A stretch of 64,000 nt of DNA, taken from positions 1,280,001 to 1,344,000 of the forward strand of contig CBDATQ010000001.1 of NCBI GenBank assembly GCA_965199955.1, in the 5' to 3' direction. The stretch comes from Spirochaetia bacterium (GTDB lineage Bacteria > Spirochaetota > Spirochaetia > SZUA-6 > Bin103). The position numbers and the translations under genes were made by a program. The notes under the pieces were generated by a model that saw only the letters and a program-made list of their open reading frames with translations, ran no database searches and was not told the origin of the DNA. Shown in pieces: positions 21,289 through 30,565 of the stretch; position 1 is the stretch's first letter; every line of letters begins with the position of its first letter.

Positions 21289-22482
21289 ATGGAACGGAGC
21301 TGGGTGCTGACCGACGCGGCGTCGGGGTTGTGGGTCGAAACGCTGGAACTGGGACCGGAGGATCTCGGGATTCCCGGCTGCGCCGTGCGCAAGCGGCGCC
21401 TGCGCGGCGGACTCCGCGACGGCGTGGACCTGGTCGAGGTGACCTGCGGGGAGCTGTCATTCAGCGTGGTGCCGAGCCGCGGCATGGGCGTGTGGCGGGG
21501 GAGCTACGGCGGGCAGGCTCTTGGCTGGCGGTCGCCGGTGCGCGGCCCGGTGCATCCGGCGTTCGTCGATCTGGGCCGAGCGCGGCGGCGTCGGCTGGCT
21601 GCGCGGCTTCGACGAGTGGATCGTGCGCTGCGGCCTGGACTCGAACGGCATGCCGGGGACGGACGCGAGGGTGGACGCCGGTGGCCTTGCGGAAGCGGTC
21701 GAGCTGACGCTGCACGGCATGATCGCCAACCTGCCCGCGCACACCGTGCAGGTCACTGCGGACGCCGCCGCGCGGGTGATCACCGTCACCGGACAGGTGG
21801 ACGAGGCCGGTTTGTTCGTGCCGTCGCTGCGGCTGTCGACCTCGATCTCTGCCGGTCCCGACTCGTCGCGGATCACCGTCGCCGACACGGTGCGCAACCT
21901 GCAGGAGACGCCGGCCGAGCTGCAGCTCCTGTACCATTGCAACTACGGCCCGCCGTTCCTGGGCGAGGGAAGCCGCGTGCTGCTGCCGGTCACGGAGGCG
22001 GCGCCCCGCGACGCCCGCTCGGCCGAGGGCGTGGCGGAGATCGAGCGCTACGGGGGACCGACCCCCGGCTTTGTCCAGCAGGCGTACTGGATCCGGCCGG
22101 CCGCCCGGCCGGGCGATACGGCCAGTCTCGCCGCGCTGGTCAACCCTTCGCGGACCGCCGCGGCGGTGATGCGCTTCGACATCGGCGAGCTGCCCTGCTT
22201 CAGCCTGTGGAAGAACACCGCCGGCGAGCGCGACGGCTATGTGACCGGCCTGGAGCCGGGGCACCAACTTCCCCAACCTCAAGAGCGTCGAGCGCGACGC
22301 CGGCCGGGTGGTGGAGCTTCCCGCGGGCGGGGAGTACGCCGCCACGGTGATGCTGGAGGTCGCCTTCGGGGGAGGAGGCCGTGGACGCCGTCGAGTCGGA
22401 GGTCCGGGAGATCCAGGCGGGAGCCGCGGCCACCGTTCACGCCGAGCCGCACGCTGCGTTCGGCGCTGCTGGGGAGGAGTAA
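21289..22482 (+). pseudogene. Aldose 1-epimerase-like (DUF4432) gene with three +1 frameshifts, possibly sequencing errors
   Basis: LRGGLRDGVDLV, VPSRGMG, LGWRSPVRGPVHP, LHGMIANLPA, LYHCNYG, WKNT and YVTGLEPG-TNFPN are spread over three frames. Shifts fall in G runs at about 21575, 22260 and 22370. Confidence 0.75.
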
Positions 22483-22544
22483 GCCTCGCGTAAAGGCGTC
22501 TCGCCCGTCCGTCAGGTGCTGTCGGCCCGCACACTTGCGCCGTA

Positions 22545-23369
22545 TCAGACCGCAAGAAGCACGTTTGCCAAACGCCGGCCGGCTGGAGTCAGCTCGGCGC
22601 ATAAAGAAAGATGTGAAGCATCGACCAGCTGCCGATCAAGGACGGCAATACGATCGTCGGCGAACCCTGATACGGCGGGAACCTGTTCAGCTACCGTTTC
22701 CCAGAAGAAACGAATATTGCTGAACACATATACTCCGTGGAGGAGTCCTTGCACCGAGCGTCCTTCCCCCGCCCACGGCGAGAGTACCTGCTCACTCTCG
22801 CCCCCCGGGTTGCTGACGACCATTGGGAGGATTCGCTCCACGAGCGAAAGCTGCAGATGTAGCGCTTCGTGCACCACATTCTCAGCAAGTCGCTCTACGG
22901 AGTGAGTGTGAGATAGCGGCGGAGCGGAAACGAAGACCGAAAACGACAGGTTAGGGTCGCTATAGCTCACGTCCGTATCCGCGTTTGGCGCGATCAACGG
23001 ATGGACCGAACGGCATAGGGCGGCAACGGTCCCGCCAAATGGGGCCACCTCCCGAATGAGCTTGATGGAGCTGACCATCAGGTCCGGGAAGCACAGTGAC
23101 TCGATCTCGGCGGCCGTTGCGAACCGAAGACCCATCGACCTCCAGTGATCGGCGATCGAATCGGATAGGATCTCTATGCTGACCTTCGATGCGTCTTCGA
23201 GATTATCGATCAATACTAAGTTGTAAGTGTCACCTTCGAGGGCCTCCAAGAAACGCGACGTAGAGTACAGTCTCCAGTCCAAATCTCCGTCATACGCTTT
23301 CTTCTTGAGCTCCATCGGTGCTCCGGGTCGCCAACTGCCAGGCCGATCTACAAACTCTCTCGCAATCAC
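22545..23369 (-). CDS. Stand-alone HExxH-motif peptide-modifying protein (aKG-HExxH type, putative beta-hydroxylase)
   Basis: SYSDPNLSFSVFVS, RLAENVVHEALHLQL, SPWAGEGRSVQGLLHGVYVF and LTPAGR. Last gene of the rSAM operon. Confidence 0.85.
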   Translation of the reverse strand: MIAREFVDRPGSWRPGAPMELKKKAYDGDLDWRLYSTSRFLEALEGDTYNLVLIDNLEDASKVSIEILSDSIADHWRSMGLRFATAAEIESLCFPDLMVSSIKLIREVAPFGGTVAALCRSVHPLIAPNADTDVSYSDPNLSFSVFVSAPPLSHTHSVERLAENVVHEALHLQLSLVERILPMVVSNPGGESEQVLSPWAGEGRSVQGLLHGVYVFSNIRFFWETVAEQVPAVSGFADDRIAVLDRQLVDASHLSLCAELTPAGRRLANVLLAV

Positions 23370-23382
23370 GGCGACGATCTGA

Positions 23383-23988
23383 TCAGGGCGGTTCGTGTTG
23401 AAAAAAGGAGTAAACTAGCGTAAAACGTTTTCCGGAGCGAACAGTGCTAACCGCATGATACGATCTCGGAGAAATGGCGAATGCTTGCACAGAACCGCTG
23501 CGCGGTTCGACTATCTGGTGGACGGACTCCGGCGTGGATCCACGAAAGAACATCAGGTACCCGCCTTGATTCGGTTCCCAATTCCGATTGATCTGAAGCA
23601 GGAGACGATGCGTTTCCCCGCCGGATAGATAGTCGTTGTGAATCCGGATCGTCTGTCCGGGCATGAGCATATGGGCCGTGACGTCGACCCGCGCCACAAA
23701 GCGGCAGGCGAAATGCTCAGACATCGAACACCGAAGCGCGGCGAGGACGTCTTCGTGGACGAGATCTTCAGGCACGAGGTCATTCGCGCCCGGGACGATT
23801 GGCATCTCATACTGCTCATAGAAGTCCTCGACAGTCAGCTCCCACGACGCCTCATTCTCCAGCCAGCGGAGCCACGTTTGCTGTTGGTGCGACGACACCC
23901 CGCCTGACCCTATGTAGTAGGGGAATGGCGACTGACTGGCTTCGATCAGCGTAAACTGTGGAAACACTTGAAGCGCCTCAGCGAGCAA
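23383..23988 (-). CDS. yhhC: 2OG-Fe(II) oxygenase associated with a cyclophane RiPP (YhhC-like)
   Basis: Facial triad IRIHND...SYHAV, GGYLMF and KRFTLVYSF. The TTG start overlaps the rSAM stop. Confidence 0.8.
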   Translation of the reverse strand: MLAEALQVFPQFTLIEASQSPFPYYIGSGGVSSHQQQTWLRWLENEASWELTVEDFYEQYEMPIVPGANDLVPEDLVHEDVLAALRCSMSEHFACRFVARVDVTAHMLMPGQTIRIHNDYLSGGETHRLLLQINRNWEPNQGGYLMFFRGSTPESVHQIVEPRSGSVQAFAISPRSYHAVSTVRSGKRFTLVYSFFQHEPP

Positions 23989-25120
23989 CGGGAAACGAAG
24001 CTACTCCGTACTCAGTCAAGCGGGTCATCACGCGGCGAATCACCTTAGCGTGATCGTGGCAGTAGATCGACGGGTTATCGTAGGCACGCTCCGAGCTCCA
24101 TCGATAGAGTGGCATTCCGCCTCCGCATACAGACACGAGCCCGCACTCTCGGCATGCGGTCGCGGTTGGAGTCTGCATCGTGGCGTACTCAGCAAAGTCT
24201 TCAGACGACAAGACGTCCGCAATTGAGGTTGACAGGACATTCCAGGGGGAACAGAAGGAGTCGGCGCCATCGTACGAGCTCCGCAGGGTGTCGTTCTTGC
24301 GGAGTTCACCGTTACTCTCAATAAGCAGAATCCCGTACGCGTTGTCACCCATACCTTCCTTTCGACCCTCTCCCCCGAGACACAGCTTGATCAAGTCATC
24401 GAACATTCGGATTGGGACAGGTGAGTCATCGGACAAGTAGAGGTCCAACAGCACGCTTAGCCAGTCGCCGTATTCGGTACTCTGGAAGCTTGCCTTTCCT
24501 CGAGGAGGATGGTCGTGGTTACCATCCTGCAGAAGAAAGTCCATGCTAGGTGATCCGAGATCCTTGAGAAAGCGGTACACAGACTCGGGCGAGACGCTGG
24601 GCTGGATCACCGAGAGCGTTCCAGCGAATAGAAACTCACTGTCCCGGTGAGCCCTGAGTCGACGAATGCCCCGGATGGTCGCTGCATGGGTGCTGTTTCC
24701 GCGTCGATCAAGGCGAGCGATATCATTCGCAGTCGCCGGGCCGTCGACGCTGACCGATACACTGGTACGAGTGTCCGCGAACAGGTCAAGCAGTCGTGAG
24801 GAGAGGAGCGCCCCGTTTGTCTGTATGCTAATGGGGTACCGGTGTGGCGGCAAGTTGTCCCTAAGGCCGTGGAGCAACATTGCCAGATCCTCGAATCCGA
24901 GGAGGAGCGGCTCGCCCCCGTGCAATACAGTGGCGAATCCCACTTCCTGATCGTCTGCCTGTATAGCGAGGGTATCGCAGATCGCGGAAATGACCTCTCG
25001 CGACATCCTGCTGGGTTGACTACGCCAACTGGTATCGGGACCGCGATAAACGTAACAGTAGGTGCAATCAAAGTTGCATCGGCTCGCGGTCTTTAGCAGG
25101 ATCGTATCTAGATGCACCAC
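23978..25120 (-). CDS. yhhB: Cyclophane-forming radical SAM/SPASM peptide maturase (YhhB-like)
   Basis: LKTASRCNFDCTYCY (CxxxCxxC), LHGGEPLL, QTNG, VSVDGP, and SPASM cysteines CRECGLVSVCGGG...NPSIYC. GAGG RBS precedes the GTG start. Confidence 0.88.
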   Translation of the reverse strand: MVHLDTILLKTASRCNFDCTYCYVYRGPDTSWRSQPSRMSREVISAICDTLAIQADDQEVGFATVLHGGEPLLLGFEDLAMLLHGLRDNLPPHRYPISIQTNGALLSSRLLDLFADTRTSVSVSVDGPATANDIARLDRRGNSTHAATIRGIRRLRAHRDSEFLFAGTLSVIQPSVSPESVYRFLKDLGSPSMDFLLQDGNHDHPPRGKASFQSTEYGDWLSVLLDLYLSDDSPVPIRMFDDLIKLCLGGEGRKEGMGDNAYGILLIESNGELRKNDTLRSSYDGADSFCSPWNVLSTSIADVLSSEDFAEYATMQTPTATACRECGLVSVCGGGMPLYRWSSERAYDNPSIYCHDHAKVIRRVMTRLTEYGVASFPVAR

Positions 25121-25149
25121 GGGCCAGACCTCGGTTGCCCTACACGTGG

Positions 25150-25335
25150 CTACCTTCCACGGTTGTGACGGTTGTGCACGCGGTCGTAAGTGGATGAGGT
25201 GTCGCGGTCGTTCCGGACTTCATCCAGCAGTCGAGACAGCACAGGGTTCTGCTCTGCCTGCGGTGAGCCTGAGGCGCTGGTGCCAGTCGCGGCACTGGTG
25301 TCCAGGTGAGCGGGCGATACTATGTCGTTCTCCAC
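25150..25335 (-). CDS. yhhA: YhhA-type triceptide precursor peptide (61 aa)
   Basis: GTG at 25335 with AGGAGG 8 nt upstream. Leader NPVLSRLLDEV, C-terminal core YDRVHNRHNRGR (YxR-x-HxR-HxR). Confidence 0.85.
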   Translation of the reverse strand: MENDIVSPAHLDTSAATGTSASGSPQAEQNPVLSRLLDEVRNDRDTSSTYDRVHNRHNRGR

Positions 25336-25358
25336 GGTTCCAACCTCCTGACGATCGC

Positions 25359-25388
25359 ATAATAACGCATTTTCCATTATAGCGTCAA
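25359..25388 (-). promoter_or_regulatory. Putative sigma70-type promoter of the RiPP operon
   Basis: Minus strand TTGACG (25388-25383), N18, TATTAT (25364-25359). An extra TATAAT lies at 25381-25376. Confidence 0.5.
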
Positions 25389-25886
25389 GCATGACAGCAA
25401 ATCTCTTGTCCGGCGTGTTTTATGCGCGGTGACGCTACGATGTTCTATGTTGACAGAGAATCGCTGCCGTCGGGCGGCGTGTCGGAGGCAGCCGGAGTTC
25501 GTGGAGCAGTTCGCGGAGGGACCGCCACCGGAGCGGTGGGTACGGGTGCTTCGGGGGACGTGCCGATCGATCACCTGCGGCGGGCGCCCGGTCGGCGCGG
25601 GACCACCGGCCGCAAGGCTCGCACAGGTGGAGACGATCGTCGATGCCGGGGCGAACGACGTCCTTGCCGTCCCCGAATCCATCGTCGGAGGCCAACGGAT
25701 CAAGCGAAGCCCATCCCTGGGCTTGGAAGCGGTGGAGTCTCGGTCGGCGGTTGGTGAACAACGATGCCCGGGAACCTCGGAGGTGGTTGGGGGCGCGCCT
25801 CGTGCAGGGATCGCCGGTGGAACGCCTCTCCGGACACGGTCCGGCTCCGCACGGGCCAGATACAATGATCACCGTGTATAAACGGC

Positions 25887-26797
25887 TAATGGACTGTAAC
25901 GAGCAATCATGCACCGATGTGGCGTGACGGATCAACGTAATGCCACTTCATGACCCGCGGATTCTTGTTGTATTCGCGGATGTATCGCATCAGCTTACTC
26001 TTCAGATCCGCCACCGAACTGAACACTCCGCGGGTGATCAGGTCGCGCGAGATCTTCGCAAACCAAGGTGTGCCGCGTGGCGGTCTTGCCGAGCACCTCG
26101 CCGGTCTTCGTATTGAACGCCGCGTACAGCGCCAGCGTGCCGTGCCGGTAGTACTCGAACCCGTGCCGTTCGTCCCGACCCGGCGACAGCGGCAGCACCG
26201 GGACGTTGCGGTCGAGCGCTTGAATCGCCGTCTTCTCGTCCACGCAGAACACCGCCGCGTGCGCCGGCGGGTTCAGGTACAGCCCGATGATGTCGGCCGC
26301 CTTCTGCTCGAAGTCCGGATCGTTGGAGCTCATGTAGCGCTCCAACCGGTGCGGCTGCAGCCGGTGCTTGCTCCATACCCGCGCCACCATCATGTGCGAC
26401 ACGCCCAGCTTGGCTGCCAGGCGGCGCGTGCTCCAGTGCGTGGCGCCATCGGTCGGCGCCTTGCGCGTGGCGTTGAGGATCCTGGCCTCCACGCTCGGGG
26501 TGCAGCGAAACGGCTTCTGACCGCGGTGCCGGCTGTACAGTCCTGCCAATCGCTCGGCCCGAAAGCGGCCAGCCCACATCGCCACGAAGCCGCGGCTGCA
26601 CTCGGCTCGTTCGCACACTACGTCCCACGTGAGTCGCTCAGCGAGCAGCAGAATGACGCGCGCACGGCGCGCATCCTCGGCTCGACCAGTGCGACTCCTG
26701 GCCCGCTTGGTGAGTTCGCGATGCTCGGCTTCGGTCAATACGATTCCCTCTCTCATGCCTCCAATTATAGTACGAAAACAGATGGTACGGTCCACTA
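25887..26797 (-). mobile_element. IS630-family element with an internal deletion
   Basis: Terminal inverted repeats CTAATGGACTGTAAC and CTAGTGGACCGTACC (12/15), each containing TA at the outer end. About 910 bp long. Confidence 0.75.
25907..26756 (-). pseudogene. IS630 transposase pseudogene
   Basis: THWSTRRLA, IIGLYLNPP, FCVDEKTAIQALDR and EYYRHGT are present. After KTATRHT the sequence jumps out of frame to WFAKISRDLITRGVF, so the DNLxxH and SWLNQVE segment is lost. Confidence 0.85.
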
Positions 26798-26830
26798 GCG
26801 ATCCTGCAAGAGGCTAGCGATCCCGCAAGA
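26795..26830. repeat. Tandem imperfect 17-bp repeat (19-bp period) at the IS630 end
   Basis: CTAGCGATCCTGCAAGA-gg-CTAGCGATCCCGCAAGA. Confidence 0.6.
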
Positions 26831-27189
26831 TAGGTGCTGACCGCCGACTGGCATGATGAACCGCTCGGCGGCTGGCCCGACGCACCGACGAGGCGCAGCT
26901 CGTCCCGCTACTGCATCGCGAGTAAGCGCGGGCACCGCATCCCGGCGAATCCCGACAGCCACGGTTGACATCTGACTCCTGGCTATTGGATCCTGTGAGC
27001 GTACGATGTGTCCACAGGTGCCTGGCGTCAGCTTTTGTAGCGTAGGCCACCGACCGGTCTTGCTCGGTCGGCGCGCGTCCGGTGGGCTGGTGCAATTGCC
27101 GAAGCCGCACAGTTGCCGCATTAGGAGCAGTGCCCGTAGTTTGATGGGACGCCTGCGGGGCGGAATTCAACGCTATCTCAGGATTGTCC

Positions 27190-28742
27190 ATGCCACATAT
27201 TGACCAGGAACTAGACGAGGTATGGAACGCGCTGCGTGCGAGTGCAGGCCGGCGAGACGAAGCACTTGTGGAGGTTCGCATCACGAACCTACGAGGTATC
27301 GAGCACCTCCGGTTTCCCTTCAATTATCCTGTGTCGGTGCTCGCTGGCCCCAATGGTTCCGGTAAGTCAACGGTACTATTCGCTTGCGCTTGCGCCTACT
27401 CGTGTACCGGGACGCGATGCGCGGGAGTCCTCACCCAGCCGGCTGTTCCCCAACTTCACCAGCCGGCAGGCGTCCGTGCTATCGGACCGCGCACAGGAAA
27501 CCGAGCTTGAGTTTCATTACGTGCATGGGGGTGTGCGTCGCTTCATGACATGGCGGCGTGGCAGATCGTGGAGCCGCAAAGGAGACGGAAATGGCCATCC
27601 GGAGCGGCAAATATATCTGCGCACGCTCGCCAATCTTACCAGTCCTGCTGAGGTCAGAAGCATTCTGCAGCTCGGAAGAAAAGAGGTGCGGACTGAGAAG
27701 AGTCAGCGCCGAGTTACTGATATTCGCACATCGCGTGCTACCGTGGCGGTATCACAATGTGGATCTCATCAGTGGCCAATCGTCACGCGATTTGCTCTTC
27801 GCGGAGATCGATTCCGACGATGAAACACTGTACTCTGAATTCCATATGTCTTCGGGGGAACGAACAATAGTGCGCATTTCCAAGGATATTTCCGTTCTTG
27901 AAAACGCACTGGTCTTGATCGACGAAGTGGACACAGGGCTGCACCCCTATACCCAGAAGCAAGCGATGCTGGAGTTGCAGCGAAGCGCGCTGCGCCAGAA
28001 GCTGCAGATTATTGTCGCGTCTCACAGTTCCGTCGTGTTGGACAGCGTGCCCCCGGAGGCGAGGATATTTCTGGACCGTGACAGTAGAACGGGGCATGTC
28101 CGACTTGAGCCTCCTTGTCGCGATATCTTTCAGAAGGCGTTGTACGGACAATCGCAGGATAGGCTCTCCATACTGTGCGAGGACGTTGTCTCGGAAGGCT
28201 TGATCCGGGGTGTGTTGGACGTGTTGAATGTCGAGATTGGATTACGCCACGAAGACGTTGTGGTCGGCAGAAACACCGGTAATGCCGAGTTTCCAGCTCA
28301 CGTTCACGCGCTCGGAAAATTCAAGAAGCTCTCCGATTTCCTCGTCGTTCTGGACGGTGACGCGCGTGAAATGGGGAACAAACCAAAAGTCGTTGCGGAA
28401 GAATATGGCCATCGGCTGGAACCTCTTTTTCTACCGGGAGAGACGTCGCCGGAGCAGTGGTTGTGGAAGATCCTAAGCGCGCGACCAAACGACTACGCGG
28501 GAGCGTTCGGGCTTACGGTGGCCGACATGATATCGATGACCTGGAGAGTAGGTCAGCTTGTTGAGGGCGCCGTCAATCAACGCGATCAGGCGAAGGCGGC
28601 AGTGTCGGCGTTTGCGAAAGAGATAGGGCGAAAGGTTTGGGAGATCGCCCGGGATGTAGGTAGGAAGGAGGCGGAGAGTGGGAGCATCGCCGACTTCCGG
28701 ATGGCCCTGAGAGATCAGATCAGTTCATGGAGGCTCTATTGA
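27190..28742 (+). pseudogene. ABC-type ATPase with a C-terminal TOPRIM-like domain (OLD-like ATP-dependent nuclease), two +1 frameshifts
   Basis: Walker A GPNGSGKST, signature MSSGE, Walker B LIDEVDTGLHP, VASHS, then ILCED and VLDGD. Frame changes at about 27400 and 27697. Confidence 0.75.
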
Positions 28743-29112
28743 GCCGCGGAATCCAGCGCGTCCCGTTTGAGACGTCGTAGGGACCGGAATTCGTCCGACG
28801 CGTCTCTGATGCGGGCGGAGGAGATGGACGCCAGCGCGAGAAGACGGACCCGACAGCGATGAACAGGCGGCGTTCATCCAATACGGTCGATCCGTGGCGC
28901 GCTGGGAACACGGCGGCCGCTTACGATTTACGATTCGCCGTTCTCCGGGCGACGATGTCGACGCTCTCTACATTGGTTGTCTTGCCGCACGTGTTTGCAC
29001 GATGAGATTGACGGTTGGCAAGTACGTCAGGGCGGAACGCTGAAAGCGACGGAATCCGCGATCATGTCCGGCTGGTGGCGAATGACGCTCGGGAGGCGTC
29101 GATGGTGGGCTG

Positions 29113-29511
29113 TCAACTCGTTCCTGTAGGCAGGGGAGGCGTGAACACGTAGTCGGGGTCGCGGCGCTGGCGCCACAGGATGGGGAGCATCTGTGCCCAC
29201 GACCGCCACAGGCCGCGCGTGGCGGGAGGCAGGTCGTCGGCGATCGCCTGCCGCAGCCTGCCGAGGTTGTAGAACGGGACGCTGGGTACATGTGGCGGTG
29301 AGTAAAGCACCACGGCCGTGCCGGTCACCGTCAGCAGGGCCAGGAAGCCGACGCAGTGCAGCAACGGGCGCAGCGTCCGGCGTTGCGACAGGGCGCGGAG
29401 CTCGGCGATGGGCAGCGGCGAGCGATACCACCGGATCTTCGGATTCGCGGCCCAGTCGTGCTCGACGGGAGCCGCCTGCGTGGCGAGTGCCTCGGGAGCG
29501 GTCGTGCTCAT
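29113..29511 (-). pseudogene. Fatty acid desaturase-family gene with its centre deleted
   Basis: N-terminal IRWYRSPL...LRALSQR is joined directly to C-terminal VPFYNLGRLRQAIADDLP. The His boxes are absent. Confidence 0.65.
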
Positions 29512-29527
29512 GGCACCGGTTCCTCCT

Positions 29528-30565
29528 TCAGTCGTTGAAGGTGCGCAGCGAGAGCCGCCCGTGGAGGTGGCACGCCACCTGGTGCGATGCGCTGCCGTCC
29601 GTGCCCGTCTCCACCAGCTCCGGCTGCTCCACGGTACAACGCGGTTCGCGGTAGGGGCAGCGGGGATGGAACGGACAGCCGGCCGGAAGCATGCCGTACG
29701 ACGGGCTCTCGCCCGCCTTGACCAGGTGCAGCTTGCGGGCGGTCGGGTCGGGATTGGGTGAGGAGGTGAGCAGCAGCTCGGTGTAGGGATGCTTCGGCCG
29801 TACGAAGATCTGGGCGCGGCTGGCCAGCTCCACGATGCGGCCCAGGTACATGATCGCCACCCGGTCGCTCAGGTAGCGCACCACCGCCAGGTTGTGGGCG
29901 ATGAACAGGTAGCTCATGGCGTGCCGGGCCTGCAGGCTGCGCATCAGGTTGAGGATCTGTGCCTGCACGGACACGTCGAGTGCCGAGACCGGCTCGTCGG
30001 CGATCACCACCCGCGGCTGGAGGATGAATGCGCGCGCGAACGCCAGCCGCTGCCGCTGGCCGCCGGAGAACGAGTGCGGGTAGCGGTTCATGTAGACCGG
30101 GTCGAGCTGCACCAGGCTCAACATCGCCGCCACCCGTTCCTTGAGCTCCGCGCCGTTTCGGGCCAGGCGGTTGTTGATCAGCGGCTCGCCGACGATGCGC
30201 AGCACGGTCATGCGCGCGTTGAGGGACGCGAAGGGGTCCTGGAACACCATCCGCACCGTGCGCCGCAGCGCGCGCAGCTCGGCGGCATCCATCTGCACGA
30301 TGTCGCGCGGCGGCGCGCCTGGCCGTGGCGTGTACCAGATTCGGCCGCCGGTCGGCTCCTCGCTGCGCACGATGCACAGCCCGGTGGTGGTCTTGCCGCA
30401 GCCGCTCTCCCCCACCAGCGCCAGCGTCTCTCCGCGCGCCAGCGTGAACGACATCCGATCGACAGCGCGAACCTCGCCCTGCCGGCGGCGCAGCAGGCCC
30501 GACTCCTTGGCGTAGCTCTTGCTGAGCCGCTCCGCCGCGATGATCGGCCCTTGCGCTGTACTCAT
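29528..30565 (-). CDS. Peptide ABC transporter ATP-binding subunit (OppF-like)
   Basis: GESGCGKTT, FSGGQRQR, DEPVSALDVS and GCPFHPRC. Confidence 0.92.
   Translation of the reverse strand: MSTAQGPIIAAERLSKSYAKESGLLRRRQGEVRAVDRMSFTLARGETLALVGESGCGKTTTGLCIVRSEEPTGGRIWYTPRPGAPPRDIVQMDAAELRALRRTVRMVFQDPFASLNARMTVLRIVGEPLINNRLARNGAELKERVAAMLSLVQLDPVYMNRYPHSFSGGQRQRLAFARAFILQPRVVIADEPVSALDVSVQAQILNLMRSLQARHAMSYLFIAHNLAVVRYLSDRVAIMYLGRIVELASRAQIFVRPKHPYTELLLTSSPNPDPTARKLHLVKAGESPSYGMLPAGCPFHPRCPYREPRCTVEQPELVETGTDGSASHQVACHLHGRLSLRTFND

Noticed and set aside
23978..25120. Anaerobic sulfatase maturase serving the two sulfatases
   Set aside because: It is directly coupled to a YxR/HxR peptide, a 2OG oxygenase and an HExxH gene, and both sulfatases are more than 13 kb away.
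25336..25392. Longer 80-aa version of the precursor
   Set aside because: The extension overlaps the promoter-like boxes and the RBS, so GTG 25335 is better supported.
25429..25881. Possible aspartic-protease-like remnant (VETIVDAGANDVLAVPESIV) as the RiPP leader peptidase
   Set aside because: The motif is degenerate (DAG rather than DTG), on the opposite strand, and the surrounding frame does not look coding.
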